IMG/VR virus record: IMGVR_UViG_3300034374_009547
DNA length: 64,000 nt
Source: a virus
Taxonomy: Duplodnaviria > Caudoviricetes
Direction: 5' to 3' (one strand)
Every line of letters starts with the position of its first letter. The first letter of the stretch is position 1. The position numbers and the translations under genes are program-made. Positions 40,008-49,938 of this stretch are shown here, one piece after another. The notes below the pieces were generated by a model. That model saw only the letters and a list, made by a program, of their open reading frames with translations, was not told the DNA's origin and did no database searches.

Positions 40008-41686
40008 TGAAAGTATTTGTAGGATGGGATAGCAGAGAAGATATTGCTTATCAAGTTTGTAAAAGTAGTATTGAAGAAACAAGTAGTGTACCTGTAGAAA
40101 TTATTCCATTGAAACAAAAGTCACTGAGAGGTGACGGTGTATACACTCGTGAAATAGATCAACTCGCAAGCACAGAATTTACATTTACAAGATTTTTAAT
40201 TCCGCATTTGTGTAACTATGAAGGTTGGGCATTGTTTATTGACTGCGATTTTGTTTTTCTAGAAGATATTAAACTGCTTTGGGATCAACGTGACGAAAGC
40301 AAAGCTGTAATGTGTGCTCATCATGATTATACACCTAAACCTGGGTCAACTAAAATGGATGGACAAGTACAACACGCTTATCCAAGAAAAAATTGGTCGA
40401 GTATGATGCTAATAAATTGTGGTCATCCTGGTAATGCTAAATTAACTTTAGATGTAGTAAATGACATGGCAAGAACTGGTGCATACTTTCATAGATTTAG
40501 CTGGTTAAAAGACGAAGAAGTAGGTGAGCTTAGTCATGAATGGAATTGGCTAGTAGGTTGGTATGAAGAACCGGTTGATGGAAAGCCAAAAGCACTACAT
40601 TACACAGAAGGCGGACCTTGGTTTGATGATTATGCTACCTGTGAATATAATATAGAATGGTATAGAGCTCATATTCAATATGCTAAAAAAATGGAGCAAA
40701 GTTATCAATATAAGTTATATAGGGAACGTAACAAAGAAATAGATGTCGACGATTTATCCTATACGGAGTCAAAAAAAAAATTAATTAAGCAATTTTTAAA
40801 TAACTTAATTGATCCTACCCAAGTTTATTTTAAAAATGAAACAATAGAGAATGATGATGATATGGGAATAAAAACTGCTGCAATTGCTGTGCAAAAAGAA
40901 GAATTTAATTTAGAAAAAAAGGGATTAGAATACGATCCTTATCTGAAAGCATTTATAAATGGCAGCGGCGGTTTTATTAGCGACTTTGATAGAGAACAAT
41001 ATACAGATAACACTCTTGTTATTAGAGGCTTAGGCGGCGGTGGACAAAAAGCAATAAAATATTGTTTAGAAAATAAAAGAGATTTCTACGCAATTGATAC
41101 TGGTTATATCCAACCAGGAACAAAAAAAGAATACCATCGTATTACAAAAAATAGTTTACAAGCATTAAATTTTAAACCTATGGCAAGCGATCGTTTAGCA
41201 AAATTAAATTGGAAACCTGGCAAACCAAAAACTGGAAGTAAAATTTTAGTTGTTCCTCCGAGCGAAAAAGTTATGAAATTTTACGATCAAGATCTTGATG
41301 CTTGGATGAAATTAACAATTGAAAACATCAAAAAACATACTGATCGTCCTATTGAAGTTAGATTAAAACCAGGAAGATCAGAAAGAGTTACAAAAAACAC
41401 AATTTGGGATGCTATGGCTAATGATGTGTATTGCCTAGTAACATTTAATAGTATTGCTGCATCAGAAGCATTCTTATTTGGATTGCCTGCTATTGCACTA
41501 GCACCAAATGCTGCTAGTGCATTTTGCAATACTAGTATTGCAGACATTGAAAACAATTTACGTATACCTCATAGATCAACACAAGTAGAACTTGCAAATT
41601 TTTTAAGTTATAATCAATTTACACAAGCAGAAATGAAAGACGGAACAGCATGGAGAATTCTCACAGAAAATTATGAAAGTAGTTAG
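40007..41686 (+). CDS. Fusion of a GT8-like glycosyltransferase and a capsule-synthesis (KpsC/KpsS-like) GT-B domain
   Basis: N-terminal STEFTFTRF, FIDCDF, YPRKNWSS, HYTEGGPW; C-terminal YAIDTGY, RLKP, VTFNSIAASEAFLFGLP. Confidence 0.75.
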   Translation: MKVFVGWDSREDIAYQVCKSSIEETSSVPVEIIPLKQKSLRGDGVYTREIDQLASTEFTFTRFLIPHLCNYEGWALFIDCDFVFLEDIKLLWDQRDESKAVMCAHHDYTPKPGSTKMDGQVQHAYPRKNWSSMMLINCGHPGNAKLTLDVVNDMARTGAYFHRFSWLKDEEVGELSHEWNWLVGWYEEPVDGKPKALHYTEGGPWFDDYATCEYNIEWYRAHIQYAKKMEQSYQYKLYRERNKEIDVDDLSYTESKKKLIKQFLNNLIDPTQVYFKNETIENDDDMGIKTAAIAVQKEEFNLEKKGLEYDPYLKAFINGSGGFISDFDREQYTDNTLVIRGLGGGGQKAIKYCLENKRDFYAIDTGYIQPGTKKEYHRITKNSLQALNFKPMASDRLAKLNWKPGKPKTGSKILVVPPSEKVMKFYDQDLDAWMKLTIENIKKHTDRPIEVRLKPGRSERVTKNTIWDAMANDVYCLVTFNSIAASEAFLFGLPAIALAPNAASAFCNTSIADIENNLRIPHRSTQVELANFLSYNQFTQAEMKDGTAWRILTENYESS

Positions 41687-42602
41687 TTATCTAAGTGTTG
41701 TTCCTACTAAAAACAGCAATCAACAAAAAACAGAATTACTAAGAAGGTATGTAGAAGGCGTTCAAAAAAATGGTGACACTGGTATACTACACACAGGCTA
41801 TCAACTTATCCCTGCAGATGTAGCAGTAATTCAAGGATGGGTGTATGAAAATAAAGCACCTGTACATTTAAAGTTACGTAATGATGTTATAGAATATCAA
41901 AAATTGCGAGACAGGTATACGTGTGCTGCTGATGCAAATTTATTAAATTATGCAAACAAACAAAATCCATTAGGATATCTACGGTATAGTTTTAATGGAG
42001 TTTTCCCTCATACTGGAATATATTGTGATAATAACATAGATGTTCAACGATGGAATAAAATTTCTGCAAATTATAAGATAAAGATAGAACCAACAAAAAG
42101 AAAAGGTAAATGGATTATACTTATGCTCCAACGAAACGGAGGTTGGAGTATGCAAGGAGAAGATGTACAAGATTGGGCATTAAAAACTATAAAAAGAATA
42201 CGCAAATACACAGATAGACCTATTCTAATAAGAGCACATCCTGGCGACCAAAAAGCACAGCATTATCTAAATGAAAGACGCACTAGACTAAAAAATTTAC
42301 CAGGAGTAAAAATATCTCCAATTGGCAGAAGTTTAGAAGAAGATTTAACTAAATGTTGGGCAGTTGTAAATCATAATAGTAGTGCAGTAGTTGGTCCTAT
42401 GATACAAGGCTATCATACATTTATTACAGATGCAGGAGCAAGTCAATGTAGAGACGCTGCAAATACCGAATTGCAGTATATCGAGAATCCTTTAGAATTT
42501 GATAGAGAAAAATGGGCTCAACGAATAAGTATGTTTACTTGGAACTTTGCAGAATTATCATCTGGTGAATGCTGGTCACATATGAAAAATTATTGCCAAT
42601 AA
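41673..42602 (+). CDS. KpsC/KpsS-like GT-B glycosyltransferase
   Basis: LQRNGGWS, ILIRAHPGD, AVVNHNSSAVVGPMIQG pattern. Confidence 0.6.
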   Translation: MKVVSYLSVVPTKNSNQQKTELLRRYVEGVQKNGDTGILHTGYQLIPADVAVIQGWVYENKAPVHLKLRNDVIEYQKLRDRYTCAADANLLNYANKQNPLGYLRYSFNGVFPHTGIYCDNNIDVQRWNKISANYKIKIEPTKRKGKWIILMLQRNGGWSMQGEDVQDWALKTIKRIRKYTDRPILIRAHPGDQKAQHYLNERRTRLKNLPGVKISPIGRSLEEDLTKCWAVVNHNSSAVVGPMIQGYHTFITDAGASQCRDAANTELQYIENPLEFDREKWAQRISMFTWNFAELSSGECWSHMKNYCQ

Positions 42603-43414
42603 GATTCATTGCGTTGCACAATTAAATCTTTAGGTTTGTTACTTTTACCTACTTCTTTTCTGTCACCTTTTAGGTGATCAAAATATTTTCCTAAATCGCT
42701 ATTAATCATAGGATGTCCTTCACCGTTAATCAAGTTACCACTTATATTGTAATACTTGCTTTGAGGACTTTTACTTTGTATTGTTTTTCTAACTTCTTCA
42801 AATACATAACTATCGTGCCATTCTTCCATTTTGAAAATTCCGTTTTCTGCATCTTCGTAAACACGTTCAAATTCTTTTAAAAAGTTTTGCCCAATTTTAG
42901 TTTTCAAATTAATACCGTAGAAGCCGCACTCTGGCCATTTCTTACCTCTACCCAAATAGCTCATCCATGCTTGTTCTGGACAAAATCTTGCAATGTCGTT
43001 GTATGTTGCAGGTGAATGTACATATGTATCTGCATCTAACCAAATTAACCAATCTGTATTACAACGTTGTGCAGCATCAAACACAGCATACACTTTGTTA
43101 GCAAAACGTATGGCATGCCATTTAAATTCTTTATGCCAGTCTCTTGGTCTACGTGCTTTTATCTCAGGTGGACATTTACCATTTGCTTTTGGTACATTTT
43201 TCCATCGTTCCTTAAACGCAACAAGTTTTGGAAGTTCTGCTTTTTGATCTAAAATTATAATACGACTATCATTTGTTTGCGGTACGCAATCTTCTGCATA
43301 TAAGTACAATGTAAATTGTTTATCAATGTTTTTACTAAAACTATCGATAAATCGTTGCCCGTACAAGTCAAGTACAGGTTTATGAAAAGTTGAAACAAAT
43401 GAAATAGTTTGCAC
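42590..43414 (-). CDS. GT-A fold glycosyltransferase
   Basis: FANKVYA, WLIWLDADT, ECGFY, WHDSYVF, DHLKG. Confidence 0.7.
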   Translation of the reverse strand: MQTISFVSTFHKPVLDLYGQRFIDSFSKNIDKQFTLYLYAEDCVPQTNDSRIIILDQKAELPKLVAFKERWKNVPKANGKCPPEIKARRPRDWHKEFKWHAIRFANKVYAVFDAAQRCNTDWLIWLDADTYVHSPATYNDIARFCPEQAWMSYLGRGKKWPECGFYGINLKTKIGQNFLKEFERVYEDAENGIFKMEEWHDSYVFEEVRKTIQSKSPQSKYYNISGNLINGEGHPMINSDLGKYFDHLKGDRKEVGKSNKPKDLIVQRNESYWQ

Positions 43415-43426
43415 AATAAAGTCCTT

Positions 43427-43450
43427 GTTAAATAATACTGGAGTATTTAC
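43427..43450. promoter_or_regulatory. Overlapping opposite late promoters for two glycosyltransferases
   Basis: GTTAAATA on plus (43427-43434) and GTAAATA on minus (43444-43450). Confidence 0.6.
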
Positions 43451-43452
43451 AA

Positions 43453-44298
43453 ATGAGATTTAGTTTATTTCCGCAATTTGGTGCAATGAACAGCAAACCT
43501 GTCTTTGAAGCATTTGAACACAGCTTACGCAAAGCTGGCCATATGGTAGAATACGATAGTATGCACGCCGATGTAGCTGTTATATGGAGCGTGTTATTTC
43601 ACGGCAGAATGGCTGCAAATAAACCTATTTGGGATTACTATACAAAGACAGGTAAAAAAGTTATTGTATTAGAAGTTGGCGGAATCAAAAGAGGAACAAC
43701 ATGGAAGGTAGGACTTAATGGTATTAATCGTGATGGTTATTTTGGCAATACTGGTGCCAGCGGTGATCGTGCTACTGCGCTCGAAATAAATCTTAAACAA
43801 TGGAAAGACGAAGGCGAGTATATATTAATATGCGGCCAACATGATAAAAGTCTACAATGGCAGAATATGCCACGTATGAGTCATTGGATAATGAATATAA
43901 TAGATGAAGTACAAAGGTATTGTGATAAACCAATTGTTTTTAGACCACATCCAAGATGTAGATTAGATCACATTGAAAGACAATACAAAAATGTTTATAG
44001 AGACGATCCTATAAAACTTGATAATACATACGACGACTATAATTTAAGTTTTAAAGATTGTCATGCTGTAATAAGTTGGAGTAGTAATCCAGGACCGCAA
44101 GCTATATTAGCAGGTGTTCCAGTTTTTTGTGGTCCAAGTAGTTTAGCATATGATGTAGGTAACAAAGATATTAGTACAATAAAATATCCATTAAAACCAA
44201 ATAGAAAACAATGGCTTAACGATTACGCTTGGACTGAATTTACTATAGAAGAAATAGCCAACGGTATCCCTTTGAAAAGATTGACTTCTCGCTTATAA
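43453..44298 (+). CDS. KpsC/KpsS-like GT-B glycosyltransferase
   Basis: VLEVGG, ILICGQHDKS, IVFRPHP, AVISWSSNPGPQAILAGVPVF. Confidence 0.65.
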   Translation: MRFSLFPQFGAMNSKPVFEAFEHSLRKAGHMVEYDSMHADVAVIWSVLFHGRMAANKPIWDYYTKTGKKVIVLEVGGIKRGTTWKVGLNGINRDGYFGNTGASGDRATALEINLKQWKDEGEYILICGQHDKSLQWQNMPRMSHWIMNIIDEVQRYCDKPIVFRPHPRCRLDHIERQYKNVYRDDPIKLDNTYDDYNLSFKDCHAVISWSSNPGPQAILAGVPVFCGPSSLAYDVGNKDISTIKYPLKPNRKQWLNDYAWTEFTIEEIANGIPLKRLTSRL

Positions 44299-44309
44299 TT
44301 TGTTATACT
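44281..44309 (+). promoter_or_regulatory. Sigma70 promoter heading the UvsW-MetK-Kds operon (leaderless first gene)
   Basis: TTGACT-N17-TATACT with TGn; ATG 6 nt after the -10 box; no SD. Confidence 0.8.
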
Positions 44310-44315
44310 TAACGT

Positions 44316-45500
44316 ATGGAATTTATAGAAGATTATCTACAACATATTTGTGAAAAAAAGCTAGATAGCTTTAACAGGGTTGATTCAATTTACTTTAGTA
44401 TTTACAAACAAGTTACTAAAGGAATTGGATTGACAGATAGGCAATACAATCTTATACACAAAAAAATAAGTGAATATTTTGACATTAGCGTAGATGTACA
44501 AACAAAAATACCTATGCGCAAAATTGATAGAAGCAAGTATATAAAGTTAGTTGATACATCAGATGTCTATGGACACGATAATGTTTATGAAAGTTACAAA
44601 TCTAAATGGACATGGATTAAAGTACGGTTTCCTTTTAGTAAAAAAGATATTTGTAAAATTGAAAAATTAAAATATGATGTTGGCATAAGTGAATACTATC
44701 ATAGTAAAGGTTCTCACGAACACTATTTTAAATTGTCTTACATTAATGCATTTCATGTTTGTAAATATTTTAAAAATACAGAATTTGATATTGCAGATGA
44801 TATTTTATTATATGCAGATGAAACAAAAAAAGTATTAGAAAACAGAGACAATCATGTTCCTATGCTTAGTGGAAATACAATAATCAATGTACATGATAAC
44901 ATTACTAATCTAACAAAAAATTTAACTTACATACAAAAAGTTGATCAACATATAAGATACGGTTATGAAATACAAAGAATTAAACCACGCTATCTTATAG
45001 AAAAAATTGCATATAGAAATAATCGTATTGTTCCTGTTGATCCAAATGAAAACAGCCTGTATGATATTGCAAAAGCAATAAATACTTTGCAAAGATTTCC
45101 TTTGCTTGTATTAATTGATACTGATTTACCAAATTCTAGTATGTATGAACAAATAGTAGAATGGCACACTGCTTTTTCTAATTTTGTTGAAGTTAAACAA
45201 CAAAGTGTTTTGTTTAGAGTAGAAACAAAAGATATTGAAAATAATTCATTAAATGATTTTGTAAAAGATAAACAACTAAACAATTGGGTTGACGAAAACA
45301 CAAAAGTAGTGTATATTAAAAAGAACAAATTACCTAAATTACTAATCGATAGTTTTAAACCAATTTGTGCTGTTAGTAAAACTGCTACAAGATGGGGTGG
45401 TAATTTAGGTGCGTATGTAGATCATAATTGTGATTGTGTTATTGTACATGAAACAATCGATTATGGATTTTACAAAGGAAGATTTAGTGACAACCTGTAA
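44316..45500 (+). CDS. Hypothetical protein
   Basis: 394-aa ORF directly after a consensus promoter. Confidence 0.65.
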   Translation: MEFIEDYLQHICEKKLDSFNRVDSIYFSIYKQVTKGIGLTDRQYNLIHKKISEYFDISVDVQTKIPMRKIDRSKYIKLVDTSDVYGHDNVYESYKSKWTWIKVRFPFSKKDICKIEKLKYDVGISEYYHSKGSHEHYFKLSYINAFHVCKYFKNTEFDIADDILLYADETKKVLENRDNHVPMLSGNTIINVHDNITNLTKNLTYIQKVDQHIRYGYEIQRIKPRYLIEKIAYRNNRIVPVDPNENSLYDIAKAINTLQRFPLLVLIDTDLPNSSMYEQIVEWHTAFSNFVEVKQQSVLFRVETKDIENNSLNDFVKDKQLNNWVDENTKVVYIKKNKLPKLLIDSFKPICAVSKTATRWGGNLGAYVDHNCDCVIVHETIDYGFYKGRFSDNL

Positions 45501-46950
45501 ACTTATTATCGAGGATGAAGTAAACATCAAACTAGAAGGATTAGATGTAGATGTACGGAGAAAGTTATCAAATGCTCTCAAGTTCGATGTGCCATACGCA
45601 CGATATATGCCGCAGTATAAACTTGGACGTTGGGACGGCAAAGTTGCTTTTTTTGGTATTGGGGGTACAGGCTATGTTAATCATCTTGACGTCATTGTGG
45701 ATGTACTTGAAAAAAACAGAGTAAGCATTGTAGACATTGAAGACAATCGTCATCCTATTCAACTTGACTTTCCACAAGTAACTGAACGCTATTGGGCAGA
45801 TCAAGGTGTATGTTGGCCTAAAGGACATCCAGCCGAAGGCGAAGAAATCATTCTGCGTGACTATCAAGTAGAAGCAATCAATAACTTTGCAAACAATCCA
45901 CAGAGTCTACAACAGATTGCTACAGGTGCAGGCAAGACTATTACTACTGCTACACTATCACATATGAGTGAAAAGTATGGACGCAGTTTGGTTATTGTCC
46001 CCAATAAGTCGCTAGTTGAGCAAACTGAAGAAGACTATATTAACTGCGGCTTAGATGTAGGTGTATACTTTGGTGATAGAAAGATGTTAAACAAAACACA
46101 TACTATTTGTACATGGCAAAGTTTAAACATACTTGACAAACGACACAAAGATGGCGAAGCAGTATTATCACTAGCAGAGTTTTTAGAAGGTGTTAGCACG
46201 GTAATTGTAGACGAGGTACACCAAGCAAAAGCAGAAGTATTAAAAAACTTACTAACACGCAACTTGCGTAATGCTCCAATACGTTGGGGATTAACTGGCA
46301 CCATACCTAAAGAGAAGTTTGAATTTGAATCAATACATGCAAGTTTAGGTCCAGTTATTGGAGAAATTACAGCAAAAGAATTACAAGACAAAGGTGTACT
46401 ATCGCAATGTCATGTTAATATTGTACAACTTATTGATACGGTAGCACATAATAATTATCAAGAAGAATTAAAATACTTAACAACAAATAAAGCAAGAATT
46501 GAATATATAGGCAAATTATTAAACACGGTAAAACAATCAGGCAATACTCTAATACTTGTTGATAGGATTTCAGCAGGCGAGATCCTACAAGAACTTATTC
46601 CAGGATCTACTTTTGTTAAAGGTGATGTTAAACTAAAGGATAGAAAAGATGCATATGACGAAATTAACACGGCAGATAATCAAGTGGTTATTGCCACTTA
46701 TGGTGTTGCTGCTGTTGGTATTAATATCCCTCGCATCTTTAATTTGGTTCTTATTGAACCCGGAAAATCTTTTGTTAGAGTTATTCAAAGTATAGGCAGA
46801 GGCGTAAGAAAGGCAAAGGACAAAGACTTCGTACAAATATGGGATCTTACAAGCACTTGTAAGTTTGCGAAGCGGCACCTTACTCAACGTAAAAAGTTTT
46901 ACAAAGAGGCGCAGTATCCATTTACAATAGAAAAAGTAGATTGGAATTAA
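45487..46950 (+). CDS. uvsW: UvsW-like SF2 DNA helicase
   Basis: LRDYQ, IATGAGKT, IVDEVH, GLTGT, ATYGVAAVGINIP, QSIGRGVR; likely GTG start at 45487 after aaagga. Confidence 0.92.
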   Translation: MTTCKLIIEDEVNIKLEGLDVDVRRKLSNALKFDVPYARYMPQYKLGRWDGKVAFFGIGGTGYVNHLDVIVDVLEKNRVSIVDIEDNRHPIQLDFPQVTERYWADQGVCWPKGHPAEGEEIILRDYQVEAINNFANNPQSLQQIATGAGKTITTATLSHMSEKYGRSLVIVPNKSLVEQTEEDYINCGLDVGVYFGDRKMLNKTHTICTWQSLNILDKRHKDGEAVLSLAEFLEGVSTVIVDEVHQAKAEVLKNLLTRNLRNAPIRWGLTGTIPKEKFEFESIHASLGPVIGEITAKELQDKGVLSQCHVNIVQLIDTVAHNNYQEELKYLTTNKARIEYIGKLLNTVKQSGNTLILVDRISAGEILQELIPGSTFVKGDVKLKDRKDAYDEINTADNQVVIATYGVAAVGINIPRIFNLVLIEPGKSFVRVIQSIGRGVRKAKDKDFVQIWDLTSTCKFAKRHLTQRKKFYKEAQYPFTIEKVDWN

Positions 46951-47457
46951 ATGAATATACTTACACTAGAAAACAAAAGTTTTAATTTAAATCAATTACC
47001 GGACGAAGTTGACGATACAATGAGGTTTAGTGTACTAGATAATAGCAATCCTCAAGATCCTGATTTCTTTTTTAATCCATTAATATTTTTAGAAAGTTTT
47101 AACTCACCAGCAGCAGTAATTGAAATCAACGGTAATGAAATTGTAATGCCTTTAGATTGGTGTATTGCAGTTGGTTGTAGTCATGCAGGAAGTGACTTAG
47201 AAGTACTACCTTTAACAAGTTTAAATGAAAGAGGTTTTGAAGCATTCCTTTTTAATCCACTTACAGGTTATCAACCAAAATTTGGTACAATTGAAATAGT
47301 TAATTTTTATAATGATGTTAAATGGTATTTTCCAAAAATGAAAAACGGGCAATTGTTAAGTGTGCCAATTACAGAAGGTGAAAATCCTTTCTGTGCATAC
47401 TTTGTTAAAGATATTAGTAGACAATGCGAAATTGTTGACTTTGGTAAATTATTATAG
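46951..47457 (+). CDS. Hypothetical protein
   Basis: Directly abuts uvsW. Confidence 0.65.
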   Translation: MNILTLENKSFNLNQLPDEVDDTMRFSVLDNSNPQDPDFFFNPLIFLESFNSPAAVIEINGNEIVMPLDWCIAVGCSHAGSDLEVLPLTSLNERGFEAFLFNPLTGYQPKFGTIEIVNFYNDVKWYFPKMKNGQLLSVPITEGENPFCAYFVKDISRQCEIVDFGKLL

Positions 47458-47466
47458 GAGAACAAA

Positions 47467-47811
47467 ATGAAAGCAGGAAAGATTTGGGGACAAACTGAAC
47501 TTATCCACGCTAACGGTGTGTTAGAGTTTCACCGTATTGAATTCAAAGGTGGCTACAAGTGTAGCGAACACGAACACAGATTCAAGTGGAATGGTTTCTT
47601 TGTTGAATCAGGCAAAATGCTAGTGCGTGTATGGCAAAAGGATTATAATCTAGTTGATGAAACTATTTTAGGCCCAGGCGATTTTACACAAGTAAAGCCA
47701 GGTGTTATTCATCAGTTTGAAGGACTTGAAGACGGTGTAGCATTTGAACTATACTGGGCAGAGTTTAACCATAATGATATAGTGAGAAGGACCGTTGGAT
47801 CTGCAACATGA
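47467..47811 (+). CDS. Cupin-fold protein (sugar isomerase-like)
   Basis: KIWG, CSEHEH, GDFTQVKPGVIHQF; AGGAG SD. Confidence 0.8.
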   Translation: MKAGKIWGQTELIHANGVLEFHRIEFKGGYKCSEHEHRFKWNGFFVESGKMLVRVWQKDYNLVDETILGPGDFTQVKPGVIHQFEGLEDGVAFELYWAEFNHNDIVRRTVGSAT

Positions 47812-48080
47812 GAGCACCAGATCTGATACCCGGCCAGCCACTAATATATGAACGTGCTGATGGCGTAGTTTACGCTAGGTATCGAGATCCTCCATACAAT
47901 GAGCTATATGACAGATGGATAATCGGCGGAGATGCAGATGCTGTAAGTAGAGCAACAGGTAACCTATTTAGTTATGCAGATTGGCAAGAAATGATGGAAC
48001 TAGCAAAAGAATATCCAACATTAAAAAAACAAATGCAGAAACTAGTAACAACATATTATATGGTAAAGGAAAATAAATGA
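47808..48080 (+). CDS. Hypothetical protein
   Basis: ATGA-coupled ORF. Confidence 0.6.
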   Translation: MRAPDLIPGQPLIYERADGVVYARYRDPPYNELYDRWIIGGDADAVSRATGNLFSYADWQEMMELAKEYPTLKKQMQKLVTTYYMVKENK

Positions 48081-49153
48081 ACAATTACATTTTTACTAGC
48101 GAAAGTGTTAGTGATGGTCACCCAGATAAGGTTGCAGACCAAATCTCAGATGCACTAGTTGATGCTGGGTTGAAAGCAGGAGACGAGACAACTCGTGTTG
48201 CTGTTGAAACACTTGTAACTACCAATCATGTAACATTGGCGGGCGAAGTAAAAAACTTTAATGTGAGCAAAGAAGAAGTCAAAGAAATTGTGCGCAATAA
48301 AGTTAAAGAGATTGGTTATGAGCAGAGAGGTTTTCATTGGGACAAATTAAATATTTACAATGAGATCCACAGCCAAAGTGCTGACATTGCACTAGGAACT
48401 GATGACTTCGGTGCAGGCGACCAAGGCATTATGTTTGGCTATGCTTGTAATGATAATGAAGCATATCTGCCTGCACCTATTTACTACGCTCACGAAATAC
48501 TAAAAAAACTTAAAAACTTTTCTCCTTGCTTGCGTCCAGATGCAAAATCTCAAGTTAGTGTCGAATACGAAGGTGGCAAAGTTAAGCGCATTGATCAAGT
48601 TGTGATAAGTACACAGCACGAACTAGATAAAAACACACAAGCAAAAAATTGTGCAAGACATGTGGCAAAAGAAGTACTAGGAGACTTAGTTGATAAAGAT
48701 ACTATATGGCATCTTAATCCTACTGGCAACTTTGTTATTGGTGGGCCTGATGGTGACGCTGGTGTTACTGGACGTAAGATTATCGTTGATACTTATGGCG
48801 GTTTTGCTCCTCACGGCGGCGGTGCTTTTAGTGGCAAAGATCCCACCAAAGTAGATAGAAGTGCAGCCTATATGGCTCGTTGGTTAGCAAAGAATGTTGT
48901 AGCAGATGATATGGCAGACTGGTGTCAAATTCAGTTATCGTATGCTATCGGTGTAAAAGAACCTACTAGTATCTATGTTGATTCAAATGGACACAATCGT
49001 AGTATACAACGTTTTATTCGTGAAAACATTGATCTAACACCAAAAGGCATTATTGATAGATTTGACTTGTTTAACTTTCACCAGTATAGTAGTAATTGTA
49101 CATACGGACACTTTGGCAACAAAGATGTACCTTGGGAAAGGATTGGTTGGTAA
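48077..49153 (+). CDS. metK: S-adenosylmethionine synthetase
   Basis: FTSESVSDGHPDK, GAGDQG, GRKIIVDTYGG, GGGAFSGKDPTKVDRS. Confidence 0.98.
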   Translation: MNNYIFTSESVSDGHPDKVADQISDALVDAGLKAGDETTRVAVETLVTTNHVTLAGEVKNFNVSKEEVKEIVRNKVKEIGYEQRGFHWDKLNIYNEIHSQSADIALGTDDFGAGDQGIMFGYACNDNEAYLPAPIYYAHEILKKLKNFSPCLRPDAKSQVSVEYEGGKVKRIDQVVISTQHELDKNTQAKNCARHVAKEVLGDLVDKDTIWHLNPTGNFVIGGPDGDAGVTGRKIIVDTYGGFAPHGGGAFSGKDPTKVDRSAAYMARWLAKNVVADDMADWCQIQLSYAIGVKEPTSIYVDSNGHNRSIQRFIRENIDLTPKGIIDRFDLFNFHQYSSNCTYGHFGNKDVPWERIGW

Positions 49154-49938
49154 TGCGTATTATTGCAGGACCGTGTCAACACGAAACACTAGAACAAAGT
49201 TTAGAGATTGCATCGGAGTGCAAACGTGTATGTGACTTGTTTGACATTGAATATATTTTTAAAGCAAGTTTTGACAAAGCAAATAGAACAAGCATAGCAG
49301 GCAAACGTGGAGTAGGAATGCCTGCAACTATGCAAGACTTTATTGATATTAAAGAAAAAATAAATGTTAAAACATTAACAGACGTACATGATGTTATGCA
49401 GATAAAAGCAATATGTAATCAATTCAATTATGCAATCGACGTGTTACAGATTCCTGCATTTTTGTGTAGACAAACAGATTTAATTCAAGCAGCATGTAAA
49501 ACAAATAAAATTGTAAATATCAAAAAAGGGCAATTCTTGGCACCTTGGGATGTTAAAGGTATACTAAGTAAAACTGAAGGTGCTAGAGAAGTTTGGATAA
49601 CCGAAAGGGGTACTAGTTTTGGGTATAATACTTTGGTCACTGATTTTACTGGCATCCAGTATATGCGTGACAATTTTTCTGTTCCTGTGGTATTTGACGT
49701 CACACACTCAGTCCAGAAGCCAGGAGGCCAAGGTGACAGCAGTGGTGGGAATAGGGATTATGTTCCAGCTCTTGCTCGTGCTGCTGCTGGCATGGGCGTT
49801 GATAACTTTTTCTTAGAAGTACATGTTGATCCAGATAACGCTCCAAGTGATGGACCTAATATGTTACGCTTAGAAGACTTTGTCGAAACCGTACGACAAT
49901 TATATCATATCAATAAAACCGTAAAAGGATTCGAATGA
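49153..49938 (+). CDS. kdsA: Kdo-8-phosphate synthase
   Basis: IIAGPC, KASFDKANRTS, QIPAFLCRQTDL, KKGQFLAP, ERGTSFGY, FDVTHSVQ, EVHVDP..APSDG; start coupled (TAATG). Confidence 0.96.
   Translation: MRIIAGPCQHETLEQSLEIASECKRVCDLFDIEYIFKASFDKANRTSIAGKRGVGMPATMQDFIDIKEKINVKTLTDVHDVMQIKAICNQFNYAIDVLQIPAFLCRQTDLIQAACKTNKIVNIKKGQFLAPWDVKGILSKTEGAREVWITERGTSFGYNTLVTDFTGIQYMRDNFSVPVVFDVTHSVQKPGGQGDSSGGNRDYVPALARAAAGMGVDNFFLEVHVDPDNAPSDGPNMLRLEDFVETVRQLYHINKTVKGFE

Noticed and set aside
46951-47457. Possible degenerate HINT-like fold in the ORF after uvsW
   Set aside because: Only a vague beta-strand pattern; no N-terminal Cys/Ser or C-terminal His-Asn; not supportable without structure prediction.
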